Of a stretch of DNA of 64,000 nt, positions 23,219-37,328 are shown piece after piece; positions within the stretch are counted from its first letter, which is position 1; every line of letters starts with the position of its first letter. Source of the DNA: Octopus vulgaris (lineage: Eukaryota); assembly GCA_951406725.2 (NCBI GenBank), contig OX597827.1, positions 39,928,001 to 39,992,000 on the forward strand. The letters run 5' to 3'. The notes beneath the pieces are model-generated. The model was not told the origin of the DNA and made no database searches. It was given only the letters and a program-made list of their open reading frames with translations. A program made the translations under genes and the position numbers.

Positions 23219-23605
23219 GGCGTAGGAGTGGCTGTGTGGTAAGTAGCTTGCTTACAAACCACATGGTTCCGGGTTCAATCCCACTGTGTGGCACCTTGGG
23301 CAAGTGTCTTCTACCATAGCCTCGGGCCGACCAAAGCCTTGTGAGTGGATTTGGTGGACGGAAACTGAAAGAAGCCCATCATATATATGTATGTGCGTGT
23401 ATATGTTTGTGTGTCTGTTTGTCCCCCCAACATCGCTTGACAACCGATGCTGGTGTGTTTATGTCCCCATAACTTAGCAGTTCGGCAAAAGAGACTGATG
23501 GAATAAGTACTAGGTATACAAAGAATAAGTTCTGAGGTCGATTTGCCCGACTAAAGGCAGTGCTCCAGCATGGCCACAGTCACATGACTGAAACAAGTAA
23601 AAGAG
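23219..23605 (+). repeat. Full-length family A SINE
   Basis: tRNA head through the tgactgaaacaagtaaaagag tail. Confidence 0.88.
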
Positions 23606-24332
23606 GCAGGCACTCTGTAGTTTAATTGATAATAAAATTTGTCAGTAAGCAATAGATAAGTTGTCTAAACCCAGGCAGTGAATGTGCTGCTCTTGTCTCT
23701 CTGAAATTGGTACTAATGTCCATTAGAATGACTTGTTTTTTAACTAATATATTTGAAGGCATAAAAGACATACAGGCATATTAGACATACCCCAATTTCA
23801 GCAGCATATTCTCAGGATAAAAAAATTTTAGTGCATTAAACCTTTTGGAAGGCCAAATTTTGCATGTAGGGTCCAGGGTGGATTTCTTAAGATTTGTTTT
23901 GTTTTGAAAAAAATGTCTTATATGCCATCAAATCCAATAGATTTTTCTCTCTTTATTTTTCTTTTAGCTAAGATCGTTTACTGTTTAGCTAAATATAAGC
24001 CACTTTCAACTCAATTAGCCTAGTCTTTGATAAATTGTCCACAGTATTTAAAACCGATGTCATCTAACTTTAGAGGTTTTTGACTATAGTTAACTCTTTA
24101 GCATTTAAATGAGCCATATCATACCTAAATAGTCTACTTTGTTTTATATTCAAACTGGCCCAGATTCAGCTTCTCACACCTACCCTACAATGTTATTCTT
24201 GAAATAAACAATCGCTTCATCAAAATCTTGAAGCTACATGACCCTGCATGAATAATTTGAAACAATGTGAATCAACAAGCATTTCTTTTGACAGAGTAAT
24301 CTGAATACTAAAGGGTCATATTTTATTACATA

Positions 24333-25738
24333 CTAGCATTATGACCCGTCATTGCCAGGTCATAGTGCTAGTGCATGTATATATGTGTATATATATGTGT
24401 ACATATTACATGTACATCTATATATATATATATATATCTACACATAAAATACAAAATACAAAGTTATATCTTGATATCGCTAGTGATAACAATACTCAAA
24501 ATATATAGCAGACTGGAATTGTAGGCCCGTCTCTTGCAATTTCGATCAATTGTATCTTGTCCTCCCTCTTGTATAGAAGTGTGGCTACAATCCAGCCTAC
24601 CTCTACTTCTGGGGGGACATTTTTAATTTTTATCCGGGACATCCTACGTCCCAGATATAAAGGTAAAAATAAAATATTTCCACTTTGCAAGGTTCGAGTC
24701 GAGTACTCCCTTGCACACTCCATTGACTCGAACCTTGCTTTTATTGTGGCGAATTTACCGCCTCTGGTTAGATATCTTTCATAGTCGCACCAAGACACTT
24801 TTCGATAGTGCTTTCCTCCAGGTGTTCAAATCTTTTTTTTCTCTACATTGTATACTTTATAGACAATAGTCTTTTCTTTAATTTAATTTTTTATTTCGTT
24901 TGGTGGTGTTATCCTAGATTCACTGTCTTTGTCGGTGATCAATGCGAAATAGGTTTGTATTTCTTCCATTTTAATTTTAATGAGTCCACGCCTGCCAACG
25001 GCTGCAGCGAAATTCATTTTTGGACTTTCTTCTATCGAAGGCATTCTAACAAAAATGCTTCCGTGTAAACGGTGGAAATATTGTCAATTTCTCCAAACAG
25101 GGACACAATTCAATTTTTAAACAATAACCAAAGCTCCTTCTCCCAAAGGGGGAGGGTTACAGTTTACAATTATTTAACAAATGCAACACAACAATGTTTC
25201 CCTTACAAGGAACCAACAAACGTGATAACAATAGTTAAACAATAATAATAACAACAAACCTTACGGTGAATCAAAAAGCAGTATGCAGTTGATTTAATTT
25301 AATTTATTCCCATTCATGTGAAACCACTTATTCAAGTTCAAGTCATTGATGCAATTTTATACCAATTGCTATTTTTACTTTTGTTATGGTACGATTATAT
25401 TATACTTTAGTTTGATTTTAATTATTACTTACTACATATAATTCAATTGTTATTATTATCTCTAATTTTTATTGTTAAAGTGAAAGTATCTGACATAAAA
25501 TAGAGAAATGTTTTTGTTTCACTTTTAACACGTAATACTGAAGTAGTGGAGAAGATATGATATTGCTATGGGCTCACCGCCCTAGGCAAGAAGTTGAATA
25601 TTTTTTTTGCCCATGAAACTACATGGACCCTAAGTAAGGCATGTGTAAAATTTGAATGAAATTGGTTGTGTAGTTCTCAAGTTTTAGGGAAACACACAGA
25701 CAGACAGACACACATTCTCAGTTTTAAATATATATAGA
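24333..25738 (-). mobile_element. Helitron-like element containing a LINE ORF1-like fragment (about 24496-25070)
   Basis: Minus-strand 5' TCTATATAT...AAAACTGAG start resembles 58540; CTAG and hairpin at 24333; internal ORF RRMSRIKIKNVPPEV resembles L1/Tx1-type ORF1. Confidence 0.5.
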
Positions 25739-25977
25739 GATAACCTCATGGGAAGAGATTTGTTATACTTTTAGTTATGTTGTTGTTTAGCCCCCAGATC
25801 AATCTTGATCAAAAGCAATCAAACCATAACTATTTTGTTTTCTATTCAGTTATTCAAACATAGTATCCTTTCTAAGGTTACATTATCATTATTTAACATG
25901 CCCTTCCTGTTTTAAAAACAGTAGTATGTGAAGGAGATCTAGCAGTTATTTCTAGCAGTTCAGAAGACTACTTAGAG

Positions 25978-26579
25978 CAGTAGTTCTCAACCCTTTTTTA
26001 CCTATGAACCCATTTCGTTCCTATTTTACCCAAGGTTGGGAGACTCTCATATTCATTCAACATCTAAAAACTCCTGTTATATTTTTATGATTAAATATTA
26101 AGAATTACTCTTTTACTTGTTTCAGTCATTTGACTGCGGCCATGCTGGAGCACTGCCTTTAGTCAGACAAATCAACCCCAGGACCTTCTTATTCATTGTA
26201 AGCCTAATACTTATTCTGTTGGTCTCTTTGCTGAACTGCTAAATTACAGGGACGTAAACACACTAACACCAGTTATCAAGTGATGGTGGGAGGACGGATA
26301 GACACACAAACACACACACATTTATATGATGGGCTTCTTTCAGTTTCCATCTTCCAAATTCACATCCACTAATAAGGCTTTGGTTGGCCTGGGGTTATAG
26401 TAGACAACACTTGCCCAAGGTGCCACACAGTGGGACTGAACCCGGAACCATGTGGTTGGGAAGCAAACTTCTTATTACACAGACACTTGTATAAAAAAAA
26501 ACTATTAAATAGTTTGTGCATTGTAGAAATATAAGTAGTTTATTACAAATATCATATGGACTCTGGTTGAGAACCACTG
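25978..26579. mobile_element. hAT MITE with a nested SINE
   Basis: TIRs cagtagttctcaacc / ggttgagaaccactg; TSD acttagag/actgaggg; SINE at about 26105-26485. Confidence 0.75.
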
Positions 26580-27042
26580 ACTGAGGGCCTTCCTTATTTG
26601 CCCTGCTAGTGAGTAATTCTGAATTAAAGCTAAGCAGTTTTCTGAAACAACATTGATATATTTTTGTGTGTGTTTTGGTTAAGAAATTAATGGAGGATTA
26701 CAAGTGTGATCTGAGGAATACTTAGCTTCTATTTTTAGCAGGCTGAAAACTCATGCAGCGGTTTCCTCATTGATTCAGATTTCTTAGGGTTTTTAATTAT
26801 TATTTAGTTAAACGTTCTTTTAAGCTAGTCTGATCTGTCTTTAAAATACACCTAAGAAATTTTATCTCTTAACTAAGTTTGCCAAACAAAAAAAAATGTG
26901 CCTAAAGTGAAGCCTAAATGGTTTCACCCACATTTTTTTATTTTTTTATGGAAAAATAAAATTAAACTAGACAAAACTAATCGCCTTCAATGTGTTTCCT
27001 TCTACAATTTTCTTCTTTTTTTCTGCCAAGTTCATTTTAAAT

Positions 27043-27147
27043 TTATTCTGCCAAAGACCTATAATTGGTATCTTTGACAAATTTCGCCAGATATGTACAG
27101 CTCAGTTCCATTTTGATATTCTTGTCAACAAAATAATCCAGGGCACC
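27043..27147 (-). CDS. NATD1: NATD1-like exon 3 (GALDYFVDKNIKMELSCTYLAKFVKDTNYRSLAE*)
   Basis: Acceptor ttttataattttcag; phase 0 matches exon 2; ALD...L.C.Y..K matches the NATD1 C-terminus; total protein 125 aa. Confidence 0.88.
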   Translation of the reverse strand, partial: GALDYFVDKNIKMELSCTYLAKFVKDTNYRSLAE

Positions 27148-28539
27148 CTGAAAATTATAAAGAAAAAAAAACAGATAGAAACATATAGGTAAAAAAAAAA
27201 AAGCAAAGTAAGAAAATTTATTAAATAAGAACATTTTCAGACATAAATACAAGGTCAGAAATTTTGAGAGAGGCACCAGCAATCCACAGAACTTGACTGG
27301 TATTTTATTTTATCCAATCAAAAAGAAAGACCCTTGATGGGTTTAAAATACAGAACACAAAAGGATACAATCCTGAAAGGCATTTTGTCTACTACTCTAA
27401 CAGTTCCACCTAAGAATTAATGATATAAAAAACATAGTGGCCAGTTAAAAGATACCAAATGCATGAGAAAGATTATTTAAAACACTGTTGTTGAATCTAA
27501 TCCATTGGAGGATTAAAAGAGGAAGAGTGAGTTTGAGTGTTGTAAAGCCAAAAGGGATTCAACTTGATGCAATTATATATGATAATTCACCTTTCAGAAC
27601 TGTCTTTTTTCTCATGAGATCATAATCCTGAAATAGATTAGGTAAGAGCAAAAACAGATAGACAGACAGCTATACATGTATGCATACATACGTGCATGCA
27701 TACATACATATATACATAAATACATATATACATACATGGTGGCTGCCCCCTCGTTATCGAGTATGGCCATTGCACGAAGCTTAATCAATGTTGTTATCAT
27801 GCAATGCCTGTGCAAGAAGGTTTTATTTTAAAGTGAGGAAAGGCTGTGCACTGAGTCAATCCCACTCACTAAGCAACAGCAGCCATAAGCCGAAAAGAAG
27901 AACAAGTCAACATCATCGGTAACCACTGAGCCGCAGGTTTTATGTCGGAGTTATCCCAGTTACCTGAGTTACCATCTCCTAGAAGGATGCCCTAACAAAG
28001 GCTAGGAGTCCTTCACTCCTAATGGTTTAATCATGCGATCGAGTGCTACTGGTAACATGTAACCCAGTACAACCTGTTGCATGATTGGGTCTTCAGCGAC
28101 TAAACCGGCAACCCCACCAAGCTTGCTTGGTGAGGAGGGTGTTTATTGGACACCCTGCGGGATGAAAAACAAAACCTGTCAATGGGCGGAGGAACTCTTG
28201 AGAGTCAACGGCCATCCAATAAATGTCTTAAAGCTGTATCATGCGCGGGGACATAGAAATAATCAGACTGAATACATACATACATACATACATATATACT
28301 TGATGACCTCACTGGTGCTGGTGCCATGTGAAAAGTATCCAGTATGCTCTATGAAGTGGTTGGCATTAGGAAGGGTATCTAGCAGAAGAAACCACACCAA
28401 AGGAGACACTGGAGCTTGGTCCAGTCCTCTATTCTGCCAACTCCTACTGAATCATCCAATCCATGCCAGCATGAAATGGAAGTTAAGTGATGAAAATGAC
28501 AACAACAATGATGATGACATGCACCAGAGCCAACGCTGT

Positions 28540-29040
28540 AATGGCTTGCATTAAGTTATCTTCCCTGTAGCAGGACGTGACAAATTTAACTCTTACAACA
28601 AACATGAGGGCCCAGTTTTTCGGCGACAACTTATCGGGCGACTTCTCCAAGCAACTTCTCACCGACGATGATGGTACAGCTCCCTCTGATGCAGCTGGAG
28701 AGATGGCTGTCTCACACATAGGCACACCTGTGGACACTGTGGAAGACCTTACAACTGCTATTTTTCTCGATCTGCACATAAACTACCAAAACCTGAATTG
28801 GCTGTGCGAAAGAGCCATATTAGCTCCCAAAAACACATTTGTTGCGAAACTGAATGAAAACCTACATTGAAGCCTTCCTGGAAACCTTCACACCTACAAG
28901 TCTGTGGACATTGTTGTGGACCAAGAAGAGGCTGTTAATTTTCCCACAGAATTCCTCAATTCCTTGGACCCCTCTGGACTACCACTTCATCAACTGTACC
29001 TCAAAATTGGAGTTCCAGTCATGCTGGTGAGGAACCTGGA
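28540..29040 (+). mobile_element. Helitron Rep/Hel PIF1-helicase fragment
   Basis: LTTNMR, WLCERAILAPKN, FPTEFLNSLDPSGLP.H.L.LK.G.PVML.RNL motifs; one internal stop. Confidence 0.88.
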
Positions 29041-30281
29041 GAGAAAGAGGGAGATGATGCACAACTTTTCTGGACAGAAATTTCTGTGGCCAGCATACTG
29101 AACACTATCATTTTTGTTTTATTTTTTGCTTTCTTTAATACACACACACACACACATATATGAAATACGCTTTAATTGAAATACAGTTTATCCATGGATG
29201 TTAGTGTGCCAGTGTGTCACACTTTTTCAACTTTACTCCTAGGCTAACATATCATACCATTTTGGAATCAGGCTGACTCCATGAGTAAATTAAAAACATT
29301 CTGAGCCGAATCCAGACCTGCAATCCTGAAATTTTGGATTCCTATGCTTTCATTATTGTGATTATATTTGGCAATTTCTTTTTATCTGATTTTTAGCAAT
29401 AAATATGATCATATATATACAACAAATATATATATATATATACAACAGACTTCTTTCAGTTTCTGTTTACCAAATCCACTCACAAGGCTTTGGTCAACCC
29501 AGGGCTATAGTAAAAAACACCTGCTCAAGGTGCCACACAGAGGGACTGAACCGGGAACCATGTGGTCGGGAAACAAGCTCCTTACCACACAACCATGCCT
29601 AATGTTAAAAATATCCCATGCAAGTTGGAAAAATAATAATAAAAGGAAGAAAATAAGCAATCTCTTTTATATTACAGTTAATTAATTCCAAAGTTCATCA
29701 TTACTACAAGACCATTTCAAAATACAATAGGTATTCAACCACAAATTATCTCAATAAAATTATTTCAAAATATATTGTTATGTATTACAAAATATTGTAT
29801 CATATAAAAAATTCTTTACTACAATCAAATCGTTTCAAGAGTATGGATTCCAAAGTACATTTTAACATTCAAATCATTTCAAAATTCATCATTAAACACT
29901 CCTAAACAGATATTTCCCAAAATACATAATTAAAACTTCCTAAGTACGTAATTACAAACTGGTTTCACTTCTTGAAAGAGATATTTATTACAAAATATAC
30001 GTGTAATGGCTATATACGTATATGTATGTATGTCTCCTCTGTTTTTAATCATTCAAGTTCTTCCTCTGAAGGAGTTGGTTTCTAACAAAGATACAAAGTT
30101 CAATGTTTGGAATTCAGATAACAAAAACGACACATTTTAAAGCTGAGAAAAGTCTTGCATAGTTTTACTTTTCCATTTACAGATTGTATTTGTAATGAGT
30201 GAACCAGTTGGTTGATTTCTTTTTGTTTGTTTCTATGTATGTTTGTGTGTGTGTGTGTGTATGAATATATATATATATATA

Positions 30282-30850
30282 CGAGCAAAAGGCACACACA
30301 CACCCTCCGTCCAATGGACAGTGCTGAGTTGTCAAACATTCAAGCCAAATTTTCTCAAAACAACTTGTCCGACCGTCCCATAATTAAGCATGCCTTCATT
30401 TCAATAAAATTTCTGGTTTTGTTAAACGATGTTAAGGCAAAAAAAAAAAAAAAACTTCTTGAGAAACCAAATAGTCTTTCCTTCCTTCATGCCAAGTTTG
30501 AAGAAAATATCTCTTTTGCATCTTACTTGTTTGGTCTCTTAAATATACTGTATTTTGTGGCATTATTTCAAGCCAGCCAGCTTTTTTTGCGCAAACTTCA
30601 CATGCATGTTTCTCACATACGCATAGTATCTATCACAACAGCTGATGTACTTGCACATACAAATGCACGTTCCCACAGCTTTATCGATCGCATTCTCACC
30701 TGGAGTCGATTTTTGTAATTTTTTCAAGACTTATACACACCCTGATACCATTGGTATCTACATGTCAAATTTGAACGCAATCGGATGGAGGATGCCCGAG
30801 ATCCTAGAAGACACACACACAGACAGACAGAATGGATTTTATATAATAGA
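30282..30850 (-). mobile_element. Probable non-autonomous Helitron
   Basis: Minus-strand TCTTATTATATATAAAAT...CTGTCTGTCTG start; degenerate CTAG end with a hairpin. Confidence 0.45.
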
Positions 30851-31501
30851 TATATATTAGCTGGCCTTGTGCCATCAAAAATAATGGCTAATGGTAGTAT
30901 TTTATATATAAACTAGCAGAGATATCCGGTTGTGCTTGGGATTAAAATGGCATAGTTCTTTATTGTTTTACTTGTTTCAGTCATGTGACTGCAGCCATGC
31001 TGGAGCACCGCCTTTAGTTGAACAACTCAACCCCAGGAATTATACTTTGTAAACCTAGTAGCCATTCTATCGGTGTCTTTTGCTGAAACGCTAAGTTACA
31101 GGGATGTAAATAAAGTTACAGGGATGCAAAAAAACCAATTTTTTTTCTTAGTGAAAATCGTGCGAGTGTTAATCTACAAATTTAACAGCCTTTTTTCCAT
31201 TCATTTCTGTTTATGAACATGTATGCATGCACAAAACATGCAATAGGTGTACGTACTTACGTGTGTGTATGTGTGTTCGTAAGTGTTGCCCATATATATT
31301 TATATTATATTATACTAAATATAATATATATAATGTCTTTTACTCTCTTTTACTTGTTTCAGTCATTTGACTGCGGCCATGCTGGAGCACCACCTTTTAG
31401 TCGAGCAAATCAACCCCAGGACTTATTCTTCATAAGTCTAGTACTTATTCTATCGGTCTCTTTTGCTGAAGCGCTAAGTAACGGGGACAAAATCAAGATG
31501 C

Positions 31502-31573
31502 CTCCCCAGCGGGGAATTGAACCCCGGTCTCCCGCGTGACAAGCTAGGATACTTACCACTATACTACCAAGGA
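31502..31573 (-). tRNA. tRNA-Asp(GUC), probably a pseudogene
   Basis: TCCTTGGTAGTATAGTGGTAAGTATCCTAGCTTGTCACGCGGGAGACCGGGGTTCAATTCCCCGCTGGGGAG, close to canonical metazoan tRNA-Asp; A-G mismatch in the anticodon stem. Confidence 0.75.
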
Positions 31574-32933
31574 CAGTTATATATAATATAACCAATTTCA
31601 ATGGACTTCGCCCAAATTTGACGTCGATATTACTTAGTTTGGTTTGAAATAAAGAACTTGATTAGCTTAATAATCGTAACTTAATCCCGGGCAAGGCCAG
31701 GTTATACTGCTAGTATAATATATATTACGGAGATGTACTCGCATAGCAAGTAATTTGATCTGAGATCGTGTGCTGAAATGAAAACAACTGCAGCATGGAA
31801 GGTGTTTATAAGCCATTTAAGAAACACACAAAAGCCGTTGAAGTGAATCGAACGGCTTTTGTGTGTTTCTTAAATGGCTTATAAACACCTTCCACGCTGC
31901 AATTGTTATAATATATATATAAAACATATAATATATATATAATATATGATATATGTATATCATATATAATATTTTATTATATATATAAAATAAAATCATT
32001 ATCATTGTCATTATCATTTAACATCTGTTAATCCAAATCGTGATGAATAAAAAAAGAAGCTAGAGTGTGACCACAGTCAACCAGCTGGAACAAATATTTG
32101 AATGTTTCGAACTATTACCACTTATATCTATATATGTAGCCAATATCTGGATTTATTGGGTTGTCAGATAAATTTATTTACTTCTTTAATGTTATTTGAA
32201 TTAACAAGAAAAATATTTTCATTGTAGTGTTTTATGGGTTTTGTAGCTTTATTCAAACAACCTTTGTTTATTGTTCTTGAAATTTGAATAAATTTTATGG
32301 TTTTTTTAGACATATGATGGAAAAATAACCATTTTCAACATCTGTTTCTCTTTGCTTTCAACCAAAGCTCTAAAGCTGTCAGAACCACTTGAGACATTTG
32401 TGTTGTCTGCGGAGAAGGTGCTATTACTGAAAGAATTCATGCTTTGAGGAGGAGAAATTCAACCTCACATAATCTTCAACGCTTCATATTCTGGCCAACC
32501 TTTTCAGTACATTAAGAATCAATTGAATGAACTCATCTACAAGGACCAGTGCCAATCCACTAGGGTATTGGTGTAGAAGATGGGATTCTGTCATGATACC
32601 ATCACCCATCATCTTCATTTGGTGAGTAAAGTGCAAAGACTCAGTGCATGCGTGTCACATGCTCAGAATGAAAGAGACAAATTTCAACAATCCTCTATAG
32701 GTGCAGGCATGGCTGTGTGGTAAGAAGCTTGCTTCTCAATCACATGGTTCCAGGTTCAGTCACACAATGTGGCACCTTGGGCAAGTGTGTGGTAAGAAGC
32801 TTGCTTCTCAATCACATGGTTCCAGGTTCAGTCACACAATGTGGCACCTTGGGCAAGTGTTTTCTATTACAGCCTCGGGCCAACCAAAACCTTGTTAGTG
32901 GATTTGGTAGATGGAAACTGAAAGAACCCTGTC

Positions 32934-33006
<73 letters not shown>

Positions 33007-33108
33007 ATCCAAACAAGAAAGCACAAAAAAAACACAACAACGCGAGGCCATGGAAAAAATATGGTATTATTGGATGCTCAGGAAAGAAGGAAAGAAGGAG
33101 GGTTTAAC

Positions 33109-33155
<47 letters not shown>

Positions 33156-34469
33156 TCATCACCATCATCATCATCATCATCATCGTTGGTTAACGTCTGT
33201 TTTCTATGCTGGCATGGGTCGGACGGTTTAACTGAGGTCTAGAGAGCCACCAACTACACCAAGTTCCAATCTGATTTGGCAATGTTTCTACAGCTGGATG
33301 CCCTTCCTAATGCCAACCACCCTAAGTGTGTAGTGGGTGCTCTTTTGTGCCACTGGCACAAGAGCCAGTCGTGTGTGTGTGTGTGTGTCTGTCTGTCTGT
33401 GTTCATATATGTGTGTGTATGTATTCATGAGTGTGTGTGTCTGTGTTTGTCCCACCAACCATCGCTTGACAACCAATGCTAGTGTGTTTATGTCCCCATA
33501 ACTCAGATATTTGGGCCTCCAACCAAGCTTTTCACGATACCCTTAAAACTAAGAACTACTCCCTCATATGTATGTGCCACAAGATACTGTTGTCCAATGC
33601 TCACTAATTCTGCCAAGTTTACAGAAATGAATATGGCAGTTTACAGCATTAGATTAGGGCTAATAATTGCCTTTAATTCTGATAATGGATGATATGCAAT
33701 GAACAATGGTGTGTATGTAAAAGTTCAATGTACATTAAACTCAGCCCACACTCATATACACACAGTATTCACCACAAATGGGTTGCATAACTCAACAAAA
33801 TGATTTCACCAGAATAACAAAATTGTAAAGAAATATCAAACAGGTTCTTTGATTGACATAGGTGGTTATTAAAAGTGAAGTACACAAACCACAACAGTGG
33901 GAAATCTTTTAGAAAAACATAAATTTCAAAGCAGGAGCAGATATATCTATAACTTTCTCTAACCTGAAAAACAGGATTACCAACAAACATTCTAATTCAC
34001 TACCATCTCCCTAACGTTTTCTTTATCTTTCCCATTCCTTCCTTCACCTCAGTAAGTTGGAGGATATTTTCTGATTGGTTACTTAAAACCACAGCCACGT
34101 TGATATTAACAGTCAAGTTTCCTTGAATAGGTTAGTTATGACAATTACCATTATTTAATTGGCCTGACATGCTGCTATTTTTACATTTGGAAATATTCTC
34201 AGTCTCTTTGTCACATGCAGACACCATCAAGGATGGGAAACATGTTTTAGTGTTAAGATCAGAATCAAATTCAAAGTATATAACAACCTGTGGCTGCACA
34301 TGTGTGCTGAGAAATATATATATGCATGTATGTAAGTATGTAAATAGGCATGGGCATGGTTGTATAGTAGGAAGTTTCCCTGTTCAATCCCACTGTGGGC
34401 AAGTGTCTACTATTAAAGCTTCAGGTAGACCAAAAACTTGTGAATGGATTTGACAGATAGAAACTGCTG

Positions 34470-34810
34470 CAAACTGGCAGAAATGTTAGCACGCCAGGTG
34501 AAATGCTTAGCGGTATTTCGTCTGCGTTACGTTGTGAGTTCAAATTCCGCCGAGGTCGACTTTGCCTTTCATCCTTTCGGGGTCGATAAATTAAGTACCA
34601 GTTACGCACTGGGGTCGATGTAATCGACTTAATATCTATGTCTGTCCTTGTTTGTCCCCTCTGTGTTTAGCCCCTTGTGGGTAATAAAGAAGTAGGTATT
34701 TCATACCAGTTATGCACTGGGGTCGATATGATTGACTTAATCCGTTTGTCTGTCCTTGTTTGTCCCCTCTGTGTGTAGACACTTATGGGCCTTAAAGAAA
34801 TAAGAAACTG
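34470..34810 (+). repeat. tRNA-derived SINE, family B (other copies near 8740, 16055, 40540, 44365, 63530)
   Basis: ctggcagaa..gttagcac...gagttcaaattccgccgaggtcgactttgcctttcatcctttcggggtcgataaattaagtaccagt. Confidence 0.8.
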
Positions 34811-35371
34811 AAAGAGGCCTATTGTGTGTGTGTATGTATGTGTGTGTGTGTGTGTGCACATGCGTGTATGTGAGTCTTTGTGTCTGTGTTTGTCCTCCTC
34901 ACCACCACTCGACAGCTGGTATTGGTTTGTTTATGTCCTTTTAACTTAGTAGTACAGCAAAAGAGACTGATAGAATAAGTACCAGGCTTTAAAAAAAACT
35001 AAGTACTAAAGCCAGAGGAAACATCATTGTTGCATTAGGATGAGGCACTGGGTATCTGTACACGAGCCAGGACTTCATTGTTGGACATTGAGTCAGTCCA
35101 CTTGATGTTTAGAATCTGTTTTAGGCTGTGTAGGTGGAAATTCATGCCAAATCAGACAGGGGTCTGGTGCAGCTTCCCAGCTCTAGTTAAACTGTCCAAC
35201 CCATGCTAGCATGGACAGATGATGATGATGATTATGCTCTTATCCAGAGCAGGTCCTCCAGATCTCACAGCCCACAAAGCAGTGTCCTAAGAAGTAGGCA
35301 AAATAGACAACAACTTTGATGCAAGCTGTTAGCTTACTCTTCTCCCAGACCCTCCTTGTCAAGCCTAACTA

Positions 35372-35790
35372 CTACTCTTTTACTCTTTTACTTATTTCAG
35401 TCATTTGACTGTGGCCATGCTGGAGCACTGCCTTTAGTCAAGCAAATCGATCCCAGGACTTATTCTTTGTAAGCCTAGTACTTATTCTATCGGTCTCTTT
35501 TGCCTAACCGCTAAGTTACGGGGATGTAAACACACCAGCATCGGTTGTCAAGCGATGTTGGCGGAGACAAACACAGACACACAAACATATATATACACAC
35601 ATACATATATATATATACATATATACGACAGGCTTCTTTTCAGTTTCCGTCTACCAGATCCACTCACAAGACTTTGGTCGACCTGAGGCTATAATAGAAG
35701 ACACTTGCCCAAGGTGCCACGCAGTGGGACTGAACCCAGAACCTGTGGTTGGTAAGCAAGCTACTTACCAGACAGCCACTCCTACGCCTA
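35372..35790 (-). repeat. Full-length family A SINE
   Basis: Same consensus, with an (AGTAAAAG)n tail. Confidence 0.88.
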
Positions 35791-36072
35791 TGTTGAGGTT
35801 TCTTTTACAATTCATCAGTTGACTTCTAGAGAGAGTTTGTTTGCGATGGTGAAGCCAAAGCACGTAAATACAAAGACTACCTCCAGTTTGCAGCTGTTGA
35901 TGGTAATTGTAGAGGAGTACCCAACACTTTGGCCTTGCACTTTTGCCTCAGTGAATAATTTCCAGCAAGAAGCACACTTATGGTTTGCGAAAATTTAACA
36001 ACACTGCAATCACTAACATAGAGAGTGCAGTACATATATATATATTTAACAAAGTAACCATAGACTCATCCA

Positions 36073-36112
<40 letters not shown>

Positions 36113-36273
36113 GTGTGCATGCGTGTGTGTGCGTGCGTGTGTGTGCATGCGTGTGTGTGCGTGCGTGCATGTGTGTATCTATGTATGGATGGACAGACGG
36201 ATAGAGAGACAGACAGACAAACAGATGGAAACAGATGGATGGATGGATGGATGGATGGATGGATGGATGGATG

Positions 36274-36307
<34 letters not shown>

Positions 36308-36653
36308 CAGACAGATAACAGGCAGACAGACAGACAGATAACAGATAGACAGACACAGATAGATAGATATAGATATAGACATCCCTATATATATAGATAG
36401 ATATAGATATAAATCTAAATGTAGGCTATGACACAGAACCACACATAAACACACATATCTCATCAATTTCAAGAATCACCACTAAAATCATGTGACAATA
36501 TTTTCACAAAAAAAGATACCATTACTATATTTGGGTGAGGAAGAAGTACAAAAGTTGCTTTTATCAAATCATTAGTCAACACTTTCTCATAATCTTCTTC
36601 ACCGCTTCCAACAACATTTAGGGTTTCTTTTTCAGTGGGTTGATGGGTTAGTG

Positions 36654-37328
36654 CTGTGGTTCTCAACTGGGGTCCATATAAGATTTTGGGGGGTCCACAC
36701 AACAAAGGAGTAAATTGAGAACCAACAATAGTGTATTAGGGGCCCCTGAAAATTTTTTTCTTTAGATGTATGAGTATGTATTGCAAGAAAAGGGTTTCTT
36801 TAACCTACAAAATAGGAATTTTGAAAGAAGTTTCTACTAAATATAGGCATAGGAGTGGCTTACCAACCACATGATTCCAGGTTCACCTTGGGCAAGTGTC
36901 TTCTACTATAGCCTCAGGCTGACCAAAGCCTTGTGAGTAGATTTGGTAGACAGAAACTAAAAGAAGCCCGTCGTATATATGTAAAAGTATATATATATAT
37001 ATATATATGTATGCATGTATGTATGTGTGTGTGTTTGTCCCCGCAACATCGCTTGACAACTGATGGTGGTGTGTTTACGTCCCCGTAACTAAGCGGTTCG
37101 GCAAAAGTTACTGATAGAATAAGTACTAGGCATACAAAGAATAAGTCCTGGGGTTGATTTGCTTGACTAAAGGCGGTGCTCCAGCATGGCCACAGTCAAA
37201 TAACTGAAACAAGTAAAAGAATAAAAGAAAAATTAGTTTTTAAACATCGAATGTCTATGGGTGGGGAGGCACCAGAATAAAATAGTAATCAAAGGGGTCC
37301 ATAGATAAAAAATGGTCAAGAATCCCTG
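36654..37328. mobile_element. hAT MITE with a nested SINE
   Basis: TIRs ctgtggttctcaac / gtcaagaatccctg; TSD ggttagtg/ggttagta. Confidence 0.7.

Noticed and set aside
32350-32621. Plus-strand exon-like segment ending in gtgagt; a similar one lies at 19860-20002
   Set aside because: No recognisable coding signal; only splice-like motifs, which are expected by chance
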